Part shown: positions 23,334 through 35,105 of the stretch, piece after piece | Numbering within the stretch: position 1 is the first letter of the stretch | Layout: every line of letters starts with the position of its first letter | Source of the DNA: Octopus sinensis | Lineage: Eukaryota | Length of the DNA: 64,000 bases | NCBI RefSeq assembly: GCF_006345805.1 | Contig: NC_043024.1 | Coordinates: 9,610,001 to 9,674,000, forward strand | Direction: 5' to 3' | The notes under the pieces: model-generated | Told to the model about the DNA's origin: nothing | What the model saw: only the letters and a program-made list of their open reading frames with translations | Database searches by the model: none | Program-made: the position numbers and the translations under genes

Positions 23334-24787
23334 GCCGAGCCGAGCCGAGCCGAGCCGAGCCGAGCCGAGCCGAGCCGAGCCGAGCCGAGCCGAGCCGAGC
23401 CGAGCCGAGCCGAGCCGAGCCGAGCCGAGCCGAGCCGAGCCGAGCCGAGCGAGCCGAGCCGAGCCGAGCCGAGCCGAGCCGAGCCGAGCCGAGCCGAGCC
23501 GAGCCAGCCGAGCCGAGCCGAGCCGAGCCGAGCCGAGCCGAGCCGAGCCGAGCGAGCGAGCCGAGCCGAGCCGAGCCGAGCCGAGCCGAGCCGAGCCGAG
23601 CCGAGCCGAGCCGAGCCGAGCCGAGCGAGCCGAGCCGAGCCGAGCCGAGCCGAGCCGAGCCGAGCCGAGCCGAGCCGAGCGAGCCGAGCCGAGCCGAGCC
23701 GAGCCGAGCCGAGCCGAGCCGAGCCGAGCCGAGCCGAGCCGAGCCGAGCCGAGCCGAGCCGAGCCGAGCCGAGCCGAGCCGAGCCGAGCCGAGCCGAGCC
23801 GAGCCGAGCCGAGCCGAGCCGAGCCGAGCCGAGCCGAGCCGAGCCGAGCCGAGCCGAGCCGAGCCGAGCCGAGCCGAGCCGAGCCGAGCCGAGCCGAGCC
23901 GAGCCGAAGCCGAGCCGAGCCGAGCCGAGCCGAGCCGAGCCGAGCCGAGCCGAGCCGAGCCGAGCCGAGCCGAGCCGAGCCGAGCCGAGCCGAGCCGAGC
24001 CGAGCCGAGCCGAGCCGAGCCGAGCCGAGCCGAGCCGAGCGAGCCGAGCCGAGCCGAGCCGAGCCGAGCCGAGCCGAGCCGAGCCGAGCCGAGCGAGCCA
24101 GCCGAGCCGAGCCGAGCCGAGCCGAGCCGAGCCGAGCCGAGCGAGCCGAGCCGAGCCGAGCCGAGCCGAGCGAGCGAGCCGAGCCGAGCCGAGCCGAGCC
24201 GAGCCGAGCCGAGCGAGCCGAGCCGAGCCGAGCCGAGCCGAGCCGAGCCGAGCCGAGCCGAGCCGAGCCGCCGAGCCGAGCCGAGCCGAGCCGAGCCGAG
24301 CCGAGCCGAGCCGAGCCGAGCCGAGCCGAGCGAGCCGAGCCGAGCCGAGCCGAGCCGAAGCGAGCCGAGCCGAGCCGAGCCGAGCCGAGCCGAGCCGAGC
24401 CGAGCCGAGCCGAGCCGAGCCGAGCCGAGCCGAGCCGAGCCGAGCCGAGCCGAGCCGAGCCGAGCGAGCCGAGCCGAGCCGAGCCGAGCCGAGCCGAGCC
24501 GAGCCGAGCCGAGCCGAGCCGAGCCGAGCGAGCCGAGCCGAGCCGAGCCGAGCCGAGCCGAGCCGAGCGAGCCGAGCCGAGCGAGCCGAGCCGAGCGAGC
24601 CGAGCCAGCCGAGCCGAGCCGAGCCGAGCCGAGCCAGCGAGCCGAGCCGAGCCGAGCCGAGCCGAGCCGAGCCGAGCCGAGCCGAGCCGAGCCGAGCCGA
24701 GCCGAGCCGAGCCGAGCCGAGCCGAGCCGAGCCGAGCCGAGCCGAGCCGAGCCGAGCCGAGCCGAGCCGAGCCGAGCCGAGCCGAGC
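23334..24787. repeat. (GAGCC)n pentanucleotide tract, ~1.45 kb
   Basis: Directly visible, with occasional 4- or 6-nt variant units. Confidence 0.98.
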
Positions 24788-24879
24788 CTTGATAGTGATA
24801 AGAACAAAGCCGTAGCGCTCGCCGTTGTCTCGTAGCCGTGGACAGCGAGCCCAACGGCGCCCAGCTCAACACACTCCTT

Positions 24880-24976
24880 AGACCCTAAGTAAGTCATGTG
24901 TAAAATTTGAATGAAATTGGTTGTGTAGTTCTCAAGTTATAGGGAAACACACAGACAGACAGACACACATTCTCAC
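24880..24976 (-). mobile_element. Probable Helitron 5'-end fragment
   Basis: GTCTGTCTG microsatellite followed by CCAATTTCATTCAAATTTTACAC on the minus strand, as near the 5' ends of non-autonomous Helitrons. Confidence 0.45.
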
Positions 24977-25354
24977 ATACATAAAAGAATGAGAGTGGGT
25001 GATGTTTTGTTTGTTGGACGAATGTATTAAGGTTTTGTTGTTTTAAAACGAAAGAGGCAATGTGTTTGTTTCAAAAATAAAAAAGACAAACGTCCGCCAA
25101 TGGGACGACAGTTCATATTCGATTGGAGACTCTGGGTATAATCATAAAAGTGAAAAATGGAATTTTTAGGCAAATCAAACAGTGAAAAACAAAAACATTA
25201 AAAAAAATACAATATAGAAAATATAAAATTGATAAATTTAAATTAAATTGAAAATAAAAATTATTAAATTATATTTATAATTTGTTTAAAAATATATATA
25301 ACTATGAAAAAGTATGAAAAAGTTTAATATACATAAATACAGATATATACACTT

Positions 25355-25878
25355 TGTATATATATACATTATATATACATATTTATATATAGAACACACA
25401 CACATACATTATATATACATATTTATATATAGAACGCACACACATACACATACATTATATATACATATTTATATATAGAACACACACACATACATTATAT
25501 ATACATATTTATATATAGAACACACACACACATACATTATATATACATATTTATATATAGAACACACACACACACATACATTATATATACATATTTATAT
25601 ATAGAACGCACACACACACATACATTATATATACATATTTATATATAGAACACACACACATACATTATATATACATATTTATATATAGAACACACACACA
25701 TACATTATATATACATATTTATATATAGAACGCACACACACACATACATTATATATACATATTTATATATAGAACACACACACATACATTATATATACAT
25801 ATTTATATATAGAACGCACACACACACATACATTATATATACATATTTATATATAGAACACACACACACACACACATA
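25355..25878. repeat. ~40-bp minisatellite ATACATTATATATACATATTTATATATAGAA(CA)n, ~13 copies
   Basis: Directly visible. Confidence 0.95.
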
Positions 25879-26264
25879 TAAATGAACGCAAGAATATCTT
25901 TTGGCTCCACCTGAGTTTTGAAACTGAATGGGTAAATTTCCCCCTAACTATAGAGCCTTATTGTTCTGTTGAGGAACAATGTTGTTTTATTCAACCGATG
26001 GCCTTCCCAACATTTGATTGATGTATTTTCCTCTTGACCCATAACCCTTCTAGTTTGTAAAGGGTTTAAATAAATAATATAAGGGATCTTTACCCTTTCA
26101 ACGGCAGATCGAGAAATATATTTTTTGTAACTAAACACTTTCAACCTTCGGACCCTGACCCTAATGTGACGTCTTTTGACACATTCTACCAGTATACGAA
26201 GTTTCAAATTGTTTAGTTAACTAGGAAAATCTGGCTTTCAAAAAGAAAAGATCCGATATATCTA

Positions 26265-26930
26265 TGTAGACAGATAGAAAGATAGAGAGAGGGGTAGATA
26301 GATAGATAGATAGATAGATAGATATAGAGAGAGAGATAGATAGATAGATAGATAGATAGATATAGAGAGATAGATAGATAGATAGATATAGAGAGATAGA
26401 TAGATAGATAGATAGATATAGAGAGATAGATAGATAGATAGATATATATAGAGAGATAGATAGATAGATAGATATATATAGAGAGATAGATAGATAGATA
26501 GATATATAGAGAGAGAGATAGATAGATAGATATATAGAGAGAGAGAGATAGATAGATAGATAGATATAGAGAGAGGTAGAGATAGATAAGTTTCTTTATT
26601 AGCCACACACGGCTGAACACAGACGGGACAAATTACAAAGAGCTTTTCTTTTGGGGGAGAAAAAAACAAGCGGGGTAGGTTTTCGATCAAAAGGGATCGT
26701 AAAAAAGAAAGAAAAAATATTTTTTATAAAAAATATAATTAAAAAATAATAATAAATAAAATAAAAATAGCGATAGATTGGTAGAAAGATAGATAGAGAG
26801 AGGTAGATAGATAGAGAGAGAGAGAGAGATATAGATAGGTAGGTAGATGGATGGATGGATAGATAGAGAGAGAGAGAGAGAGACATAGATAGATATATAA
26901 TTAGATAGATAGACAGACAGAAAGGTAGAT
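26265..26930. repeat. Compound (GATA)n/(GA)n microsatellites (also 31340-31615)
   Basis: Directly visible. Confidence 0.95.
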
Positions 26931-27028
26931 AGATAGGTAAGAAGAGATGTTTTGTGCATGCATATTAACATACATACATAATTCTTTCTCTCTATCTCTC
27001 CGTCCATGTGTATATGTATATGTGTATA

Positions 27029-27075
<47 letters not shown>

Positions 27076-27398
27076 GTATGTATGCATGTAGTGTGTGTGT
27101 GTTGTTCACGCAGAACTAATATATGCATATAAAATGTATGTGTGTATATATATGCATACATATTATACAGCGAAAGAGAGAATGAACAAAGTGATTATTG
27201 TTTAAAAAATAGTGGCGTGATGTATTTGATACGGAGAGAGAGAGAGAAGGCGATGGTGGATATCTTTTCAGCTGTTTAGGCCAGGGTCAGGCTTTAATCT
27301 ACTTTTATTCCTCTTAAGACATCTATTTTATTAACTCCAGAAGGTTGAAACACAAAGGTCGCCTTAGTCTTCAATTAGAATTCCATTTACGTTTAGGA

Positions 27399-27902
27399 CT
27401 AGCAGTATCGCCCGGCGTTGCTCGGGTTTGTAAGGGAAATAACTATATAAGCATTTTTAGAGAGTTACTTCCCTTATAGATGCCAATTCGGGCTTTCTTA
27501 GCCATTTCTGTTTTGGTGTCTTCAAGCCATGAAGTCGTTGTTCTAAAAGAACGCTGGTTTCCTTCACAATGCATCACGACGTTGATTTCGTTACACTCCC
27601 TTCCCCACAGCTTCGCGAGGGAGGGAAGAAGCAAACAGGTGCAGCTGTGAGCGTGGACGCCAACTCCGCCGCCATCGACACACGAAAAATTATGCATTAA
27701 AATGGAATAAAAAATGATGTTAAATTATTTTTAAAATTGTAGACTCATCGTAGACGCGTGCTAATACCCAGAAGGGCTTGATATGAATCACGACTATAAG
27801 ATACCCGAATTTGGTTAAACTGCACCGCAAAATGTGGGAGTAGTTAGGAATCTAAATCGAAGGGGACAGACACTCACACAACTACAGTTTTATATATATA
27901 GA
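27399..27902 (-). mobile_element. Non-autonomous Helitron
   Basis: The minus strand starts TC and ends CTAG, with a subterminal hairpin CCCGAGCAACGCCGGG. It is inserted between A and T with no TSD, and the host repeat resumes on both sides. Confidence 0.9.
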
Positions 27903-28002
27903 TATTTCAAAGGTGATATTAAATCTACCCCAGAATTTCACTGCTACTTTATTTGGTAAATCTTATTCACATTACAAGGACGAATGATAAAGTTAATGTT
28001 TG

Positions 28003-29052
28003 TCTTGAGTTCAAATTCCGCCAAGGTCGACTTTGCCTTTCATCCTTTCGGGGTCGATAAATAAAGTACCAGTTTCGCACTGGGGGAGGTCGATGTAACC
28101 AACTTAATCCGTTTGTCTGTTCTTGTTTGTCCCCTCTATGTTTAGCCCCTTGTGGGTAGTAAAGAATGTCTTGAGTTCAAATTCCGCCGAGGTCGACTTT
28201 GCCTTTCATCCTCTTGGGGGTCGATAAATAAAGTGCCAGTTTCGCACTGGGGGTCGATGTAATCAACTTAATCCGTTTGTCTGTCCTTGTTTGTCCCCTC
28301 TATGTTTAGCCCCTTGTGGGTAGTAAAGAATGTCTTGAGTTTAAATTCCGCCGAGGTCGACTTTGCCTTTCATCCTCTTGGGGTCTATAAATAAAGTACC
28401 AGTTTCGCACTGGGGGTCGATGTAATCAACTTAATCCGTTTGTCTGTCCTTGTTTGTCCCCTCTATGTTTAGCCCCTTGTGGGTAGTAAAGAAATATATA
28501 ATTCCATTCATATCCAGAATTGTTTATAGGAATATTCTTTTCTACTCTAGGCACAAGGTCCGAAATTTTAGGGGAGGGTGAGGCCAGTCGATTAGATCGA
28601 CCCCAGTGCGCAATTGACACGTAATTCTTAATTTATCGACCCCGAAAGGATGAAAGGCAAAGTCGACCTCGAAGGAATTCGAACTCAGAATGTAAAGACA
28701 GACGAAATAGCTATTTCCTATTTCTTCACTACCCACAAGGGGCTAAACATAGAGGGGACAAACAAGGACAGACATAGGTATTAAGTCGATTATATCGACT
28801 CCAGTGCGTAACTGGTACTTAATTTATCGACCCTGAAAGGATGAAAGGCAAAGTCGACCTCGGTGGAATTTGAACTCAGAACGTAACGGCAGACGAAATA
28901 CCTATTTCTTTACTATCCACAAGGGGCTAAACACAGAGGGGACAAACAAGGACAGACATGGGTATTAAGTCGATTATATCGACCCTAGTGCCTAACTGGT
29001 ACTTAATTTATCGACCCTGAAAGGATGAAAGGCGGAATTTGAACTCAGAACT
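28003..29052. mobile_element. SINE B arrays: three plus-strand units (28003-28495) facing minus-strand units (28590-29052)
   Basis: ~165-bp units begin at 28003, 28169 and 28333; reverse-complement units follow. Confidence 0.9.
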
Positions 29053-30302
29053 CGTTCCACCACTGCTTATATCTCTCTGAGATATTTAGAAATTTAATAT
29101 TTCTATTCAAAATAAATAGTATACTGAAAAATAGAAATATTTTCGGTGGGAACGGCTTTGTGACTCCAAGGGTCAAAAGAGGGCCTTTGACCAAAATGGG
29201 TTCAGAACCTTTGATTTATAAGAATATTATATCTACCCTTGTATTTCGCTGTTACTTTACTTTATCGACCCCTATATGTTTTATAGCAGGGGTTCCTAAA
29301 CTGCCGTCCCCTTGGCACCCAGGCCGCATTCCTAACGCCCCTTCATCCTCCCCACCACAAATATACTCTTTTTCTTGTTTCAGTCATTTGACTGCGGCCA
29401 TGCTGGAGCACCGCCTTTAGTCGAACAAATCGACCCCGGGACTTATTCTTTTGTAAGCCCAGTACTTATTCTATCGGTTTCTTTTGCCGAACTGCTTAGT
29501 GACGGGGACATAAACACACCAACATCGGATTTGGTAGACGGAAACTGAAAGAAGCCTGTCGTATATATATATATATATTTTCATTTACTCATTTCAGTCA
29601 TTTGACTGTGGCCATGCTGGAGCACCGCCTTTAGTCGAGCAACTCGACCCCGGGACTTATTCTTTGTAAGCCCAGTACTATCGGTCTCTTCTGCCGAACC
29701 GCTAAGTCACGGGGACATGAACACACAAGCAATGCTAGGGGGACAAACACACAGACGCATATATATATATATATATATACATATATACGACGGGCTTCTT
29801 TCAGTTTCCGTCTACCAAATCCACTCACAAGGCTTTGGTCGGCCCGAGGCTATAGTAGAAGACACTTGCCCAAGGTGCCACGCAATGGAACTGAATCTGG
29901 AACCATGTGGTTGGTAAGCAAGCTACATACCACACAGCCATTCCTGTTTATTAAAAAAAACTTTTTTTTGCCAAAAATCGGCATTGTGAAATTCCCCCCT
30001 TCCCTCACCCTACAAATTCTTAAATTTTGACTTTTTTCCCCCAACACTAATCCTAACCCTAACTGTAACTACAGAAATGTTTTGAAATTTTTGTCCGAAT
30101 CATAATCTCCGTATTTTTCTGCATATCTATAAAAATAAAAAAAATTCTGAAAAAATTTTTTTAATGAAGGGAATAGGGGTGGGGTGGTAATTTAAAAATA
30201 CCGATTTTTGCCAATTTTTTTTTTTTTTTGCATGTTCGTATTCCCCGTAGCCGAAAAAAAAAATTGGGATCTTTTCTTTTTGATGGACGGAATTTTCTAA
30301 AG

Positions 30303-30940
30303 ATGCTGGGATTTCATTGGTTAAAATTCGAAGAATTAAACTACGTTAAACTTACAAATTACAATTTTGTTTACAATAATGTTTTCTTTTGACACGTTCT
30401 ACCAGCATACGAAATTTCAAATTTTTTTTAGTTAACTAGAAAATTCCGTCCATCAAAAAGAAAAGATCCATCCAAAAATTGAAAAGAAGGGTGGTTTGTG
30501 GGGTAGGAACGAACGGAAATCTTTCAGATAGCAAGCTGTGATTTGAGGGATATTTTGGCTGCTATTTCTAGCCTGTCCCACAACCACCCACATGTAAATA
30601 TGTCGATGAGACAGGAACTTATGCTGGGATTTCATTGGTTAAAATTCGAAGAATTAAACTACGTTAAACTTACAAATTACAATTTTGTTTACAATAATGT
30701 TTTCTTTTGACACATTCTACCAGTATACGAAGTTTCAAATTTTTTTTAGTTAACTAGAAAATTCCGTCCATCAAAAAGAAAAGATCCATCCAAAAATTGA
30801 AAAGAAGGGTGGTTTGTGGGGCAGGACCGAGCTGAAATCTTTCAGATAGCAAACTGTGATTTAAGGGATATTTTGGCTGCTATTTCTAGCGTGTCCCACA
30901 ACCACCCACATGTAAATAGGTCGATGAGACGGGAACTTGA
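30303..30940. repeat. Tandem duplication of ~320 bp including a TIR element end
   Basis: 30303-30620 is nearly identical to 30621-30940. Confidence 0.9.
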
Positions 30941-31123
30941 CAGCCAACCTTTTAATAATATCCGCCTAAATTCAGGTCATTTTATGGGACATACGCACCG
31001 CGTGTTCTATGCATATTTTACATATCGCACTTATACAAATACATGCATTACTTTATACACTCCTTCGGCCAATGTTTACAGAAATGTTTGTTTATATATT
31101 GCGTAACAATGTGTGTGTGCGTG

Positions 31124-31156
<33 letters not shown>

Positions 31157-33028
31157 ATGTATATATATATCCTGTTGCGTATTGAGAGGTTCATTGCGCC
31201 AATTGTGATGCAAAAATACTAACGTGCAGTATATATAATCTTTTCCTTTCTCTCTCTCTCTCTTTCTTTCTCTTTCTTCCATCTCACACACACAGTAACA
31301 GACAGCCAAACAGATCGATAGACATCGATCAACAGAGATAGACAGACAGGCAGGTAGGCAGACAGACAGATAGGTAGATAGATTAACAGAGTTGTGGTGC
31401 ACCTGAGCACTGTATACAATAATTTCATTATTTTATTATAGATAGATAGATAGATAGATATACAGATGGATAGAAAGATAGATGGATAGATAGGTAGGTA
31501 GATAGATGGATAGATAGGTAGGTAGATAGATGGATAGACAGATAGATGGATAGACAGACAGATAGATAAAAAGAAGGATAGATAGACAGACAGACATAGA
31601 CAGATAGATAGATAGAGGATTGATGTAATGATTGCATTGTTCAATAAAATAGAGTTGCATGAAACGATTGTACTGCATTACCTTCGGATATCCTTGTTGC
31701 TTATTTTGATTTTAATCACCTTATTTTGAAAATTGTATGGATAATACCGTACTAAATTCTGGTGCCTCAACTTAGGTACCACATTCATCTGAATCTAAAT
31801 TTTTGCTGAACTCATCTACCATACCCAAATGATATATATATATATATAATATATATATGTAAAAAAATATACAAACTGGAACAAGAACGTGAAACATTTA
31901 GAAGACGACACAAAAGACACGGACGGGACATTCGAAGCCCTCAATCTTCAGTCTAGAACCGGATCATCTTCGCAATTTCGGCTGATTAATATATATATAT
32001 ATCATAGGAGACCTATTGAGTCAAGTACATCAGCATCAAATAAAAATCAAATGGAAATTGTAGTTGTGTTACCTGTGCTGGTGGCACATAAAAAGCACCA
32101 TTTGAACATGGCCGATGCCAGCACCGCCTTGACTGGCTTCCGTGCTGCTGGCACATAAAAAGCACCCACGGAATGGTTGGCGTTAGGAAGGGCATCCAGC
32201 CGTAGAAACACTGCCAGATCGGACTGGAGCTTGGTGCAGCCTCCTGGCTTCCCAGATCTGGTCGAACCATCCAACCCATGCTAGCATGGAAAACGGACGT
32301 TAAACGATCATCATCATCATCATTTAATGTCTGTTTTCCATGCTGGCATTGGTGAAAGTTTGACCAGAGTTTGCAATCTGCACCAGGTTCCAGTCTGTTG
32401 AGGCATGGTTTCTACGGCTGGATGCCCTCCCTAATGCCAACCAATTAACAGTGTCCTGGGTGCTTTGTACATAGCACCAGCACCAGGCTCTTGCAGGCCA
32501 GTCCTCTTTACCAAAGAGGAAAAGCCTTAAACTTCTGCTGTGGAGTATGGGTCTTCCTATAAAAGAAAATACTTGCTCAAGGTGCTACGCAGTGGAACTG
32601 AACCTTGAACCATGTGGCGGCAAGCTAACTTCTTAACAATACCCCCACACCTGCATTTTATATTATCATCATCATCCTCTAACATCTGTTGTCCATGCTG
32701 GCATGGGTTGGACGGTTTGACTGAGCTGGCACGCTGTACCAGACTCCAGTCTTATTTGGCATGGTTTTCTATGGCTGGATGCCCTACCTAACACCAACCA
32801 CTCCGAGAGTGTCATGGGTACTTTTAGGCGCTACTGCACAAGTGCCATTTGTGTGACACCAGGATGCATTTACGTGCCACTTGTATCTGCAATGACAGCG
32901 ATTTTGCTTGGTTTGATGGGTCTCCTTCTCAAGTATGACATAATGCCAAAGGTCTTGGTCATTGCCTCCATGAGGCCCAACATTTGAAAGGACCTCAGCC
33001 ACTTTGCCTCTGTGAGGCCCAATATATG

Positions 33029-33225
33029 TTTCTTTATTACACACAAGAGGGGACAAACAAGGACAGATTAAGTCGATTGTATCGACCCCAGTGCATAGCT
33101 GGTACTTAATTTGTCGACCCTGAAAGGATGAAAGGCAAAGTCGACCTCGGCGGAATTTGAACTCAGAACGTAACGGCAGACGAAATACGGCTACGCATTT
33201 CGCCCGGCGTGCTAACGTTTCTGCC
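33029..33225 (-). mobile_element. SINE B copy
   Basis: Flanked by the 13-bp TSD AGGCCCAATATAT. Confidence 0.85.
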
Positions 33226-34855
33226 AGGCCCAATATATTAAGGTCCTGGAAAGGTAGAAGAATGGAGTATTACCAATGCAGCACTCATCCTGAGCTAGAG
33301 ACTATCTGCAAAAGTTCTTCTGGTGTGGAATATCTGGGTGTCACATCAGTAAAACCAATGTGCCAATTTAGGGAAGCATAAGATATAATTCAAATAAGAA
33401 GACAAAGAGTTTATCATATCTTTAATGATGTATTGCAATTGCTTTTGTATCAGTTTTTATTGCCAATTCACATGGAATTTTTGTGTGAATTGGTGTTAAA
33501 CAGAGTAGTACTGAAACAGCTGTTAGGAAACGTATCTAACCATAGAAACGACACCAAAGCAGACATTGGAGCCTGGTTCAAGCAGGGGACACAGACATTA
33601 AATGATGATGCAAGTGTATGTGTAGGGTTTCCTTCAGTTTTGGTCAAAGCCAGGGCTGTAGTATACGCTTGTTCAAAGTACTACAGAGACAGACCATTTC
33701 TGAAATACTTTGTTGGTGACCAAATTCGTTAATCACAGTCATGCCTGCATTTATGGTAGTTACTATCAATCAATTTACTCCCAAGGTATTGGTAAGACCA
33801 CAGCCATAGTAGAAGACACCAACCAACAGTGCCATGCTGTGAGAACGAACTCTGAACCATGCAGTTCTAAACACAATTTCTTAACCATATGGCTACGTCT
33901 GAACCTTTCATTTCAAAAGTCAGTGATGTCATTTCTCTTTTGGTACCACACAAAATAATGTTCTTAAATAGTCATATGGCTGCATGATTGAGATTTGTAC
34001 CCATGGTGGTTTCAAGTTGTCCCACTGCACAGCATCATGGGCATGTCTTTTACAAAAGGCCTGAGGCTATAGTAGAAGACACTTGCCCAAGGTGCCACGC
34101 AGTGGGAGTGAACCCGGAACCATGTGGTTGGTAAGCAAGCTACTTACCACACAGCCACTCCTGCGCCTACGTTTATTTTTAGAATAGATTGTTTATTTTT
34201 AGAATGACATTGTAGGGTAGGTGTGAGAAGCCAGTTGCAGCTGGTTTGAACATACAGACAAGAATATTATGGCTCGATTAAATGCTAAGTCACTTTCAGA
34301 AAAAAAAATTAATTAATTAATTAATTAAATTACAACAAACTCGGGGAATCATGAATTATATACAAATTTTATTTTTAATTTTTTATTATTATAATTTTTT
34401 TTTTACAGTATCTGAAATCCAATGTACAAGAGATAGAGAGAGAGAAAAATATTTAAATTGCTTCTCCCAGAAAATTTATAAATAGAAATTTTTGTATTTA
34501 AAAAAATTTATTTTATACATAGTATAAAATATTCACCAAGAAAAGAAGAAAAATAAAGATTCTGTTGACTAAACAACAATTGACCAGGCTCGACTTTGGT
34601 GAGAAGGTAAGATGGCGCCTACGGGACACTGCTGACCAGTTCACAGGTCTCAGTCCCTTTTAAACCAAGGTAACCGAGACCACCATATCTTGTTTTGTTT
34701 TAAAAACAATTATTTATAAAATGTTTGCATTCAAGTCTAAACTTTCCATTACAAATATTAATAACCTTCGTTAATAATTATTTGATTGGTACTGATGATT
34801 CTGAGAAGAAAGGCTTACGGTCGAATACTAATTAGTCAAGCCAATAGGTAGAGAG

Positions 34856-35105
34856 TGGAGGTGCGTCGTGGCTTGGTGGTTAGGGTGTCAGCATCATGAT
34901 CGTAAGATTGTGGTTTTGATTCCTGGACCGGGCGACGCGTTGTGTTCTTGAGCAAAACACTTCATTTCACGCAGCTCCAGTCCACTCAGCTGGCAAAAAT
35001 GAGTCACGCTGCGATGGACTGACATCCCGTCCTGCTTGGGAACACATACGCCATCGAAACCGGGAAACTAGGCCCATGAGCCTGGCTAGGCTTTAAAAAA
35101 GGGCG
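34856..35105 (+). mobile_element. tRNA-derived SINE family D (CORE-like plus V-like segment)
   Basis: A box TGGCTTGGTGG, degenerate B box, CTTGAGCAAAACACTT and CTGCGATGGACTG.CATCCCGTCC. Other copies at 45692-45860, 45992-46210 and 59415-59610. Confidence 0.8.

Noticed and set aside
23316-24897. 495-523 aa ORFs (SRAEP / LGSAR)n
   Set aside because: An automatic result of a stop-free pentamer repeat.
26213-27161. I/Y/L/S- and H/T/Y-rich ORFs (also 18.2, 31.2, 35.5, 37.4, 47.3 and 48.4 kb)
   Set aside because: Microsatellite translations.
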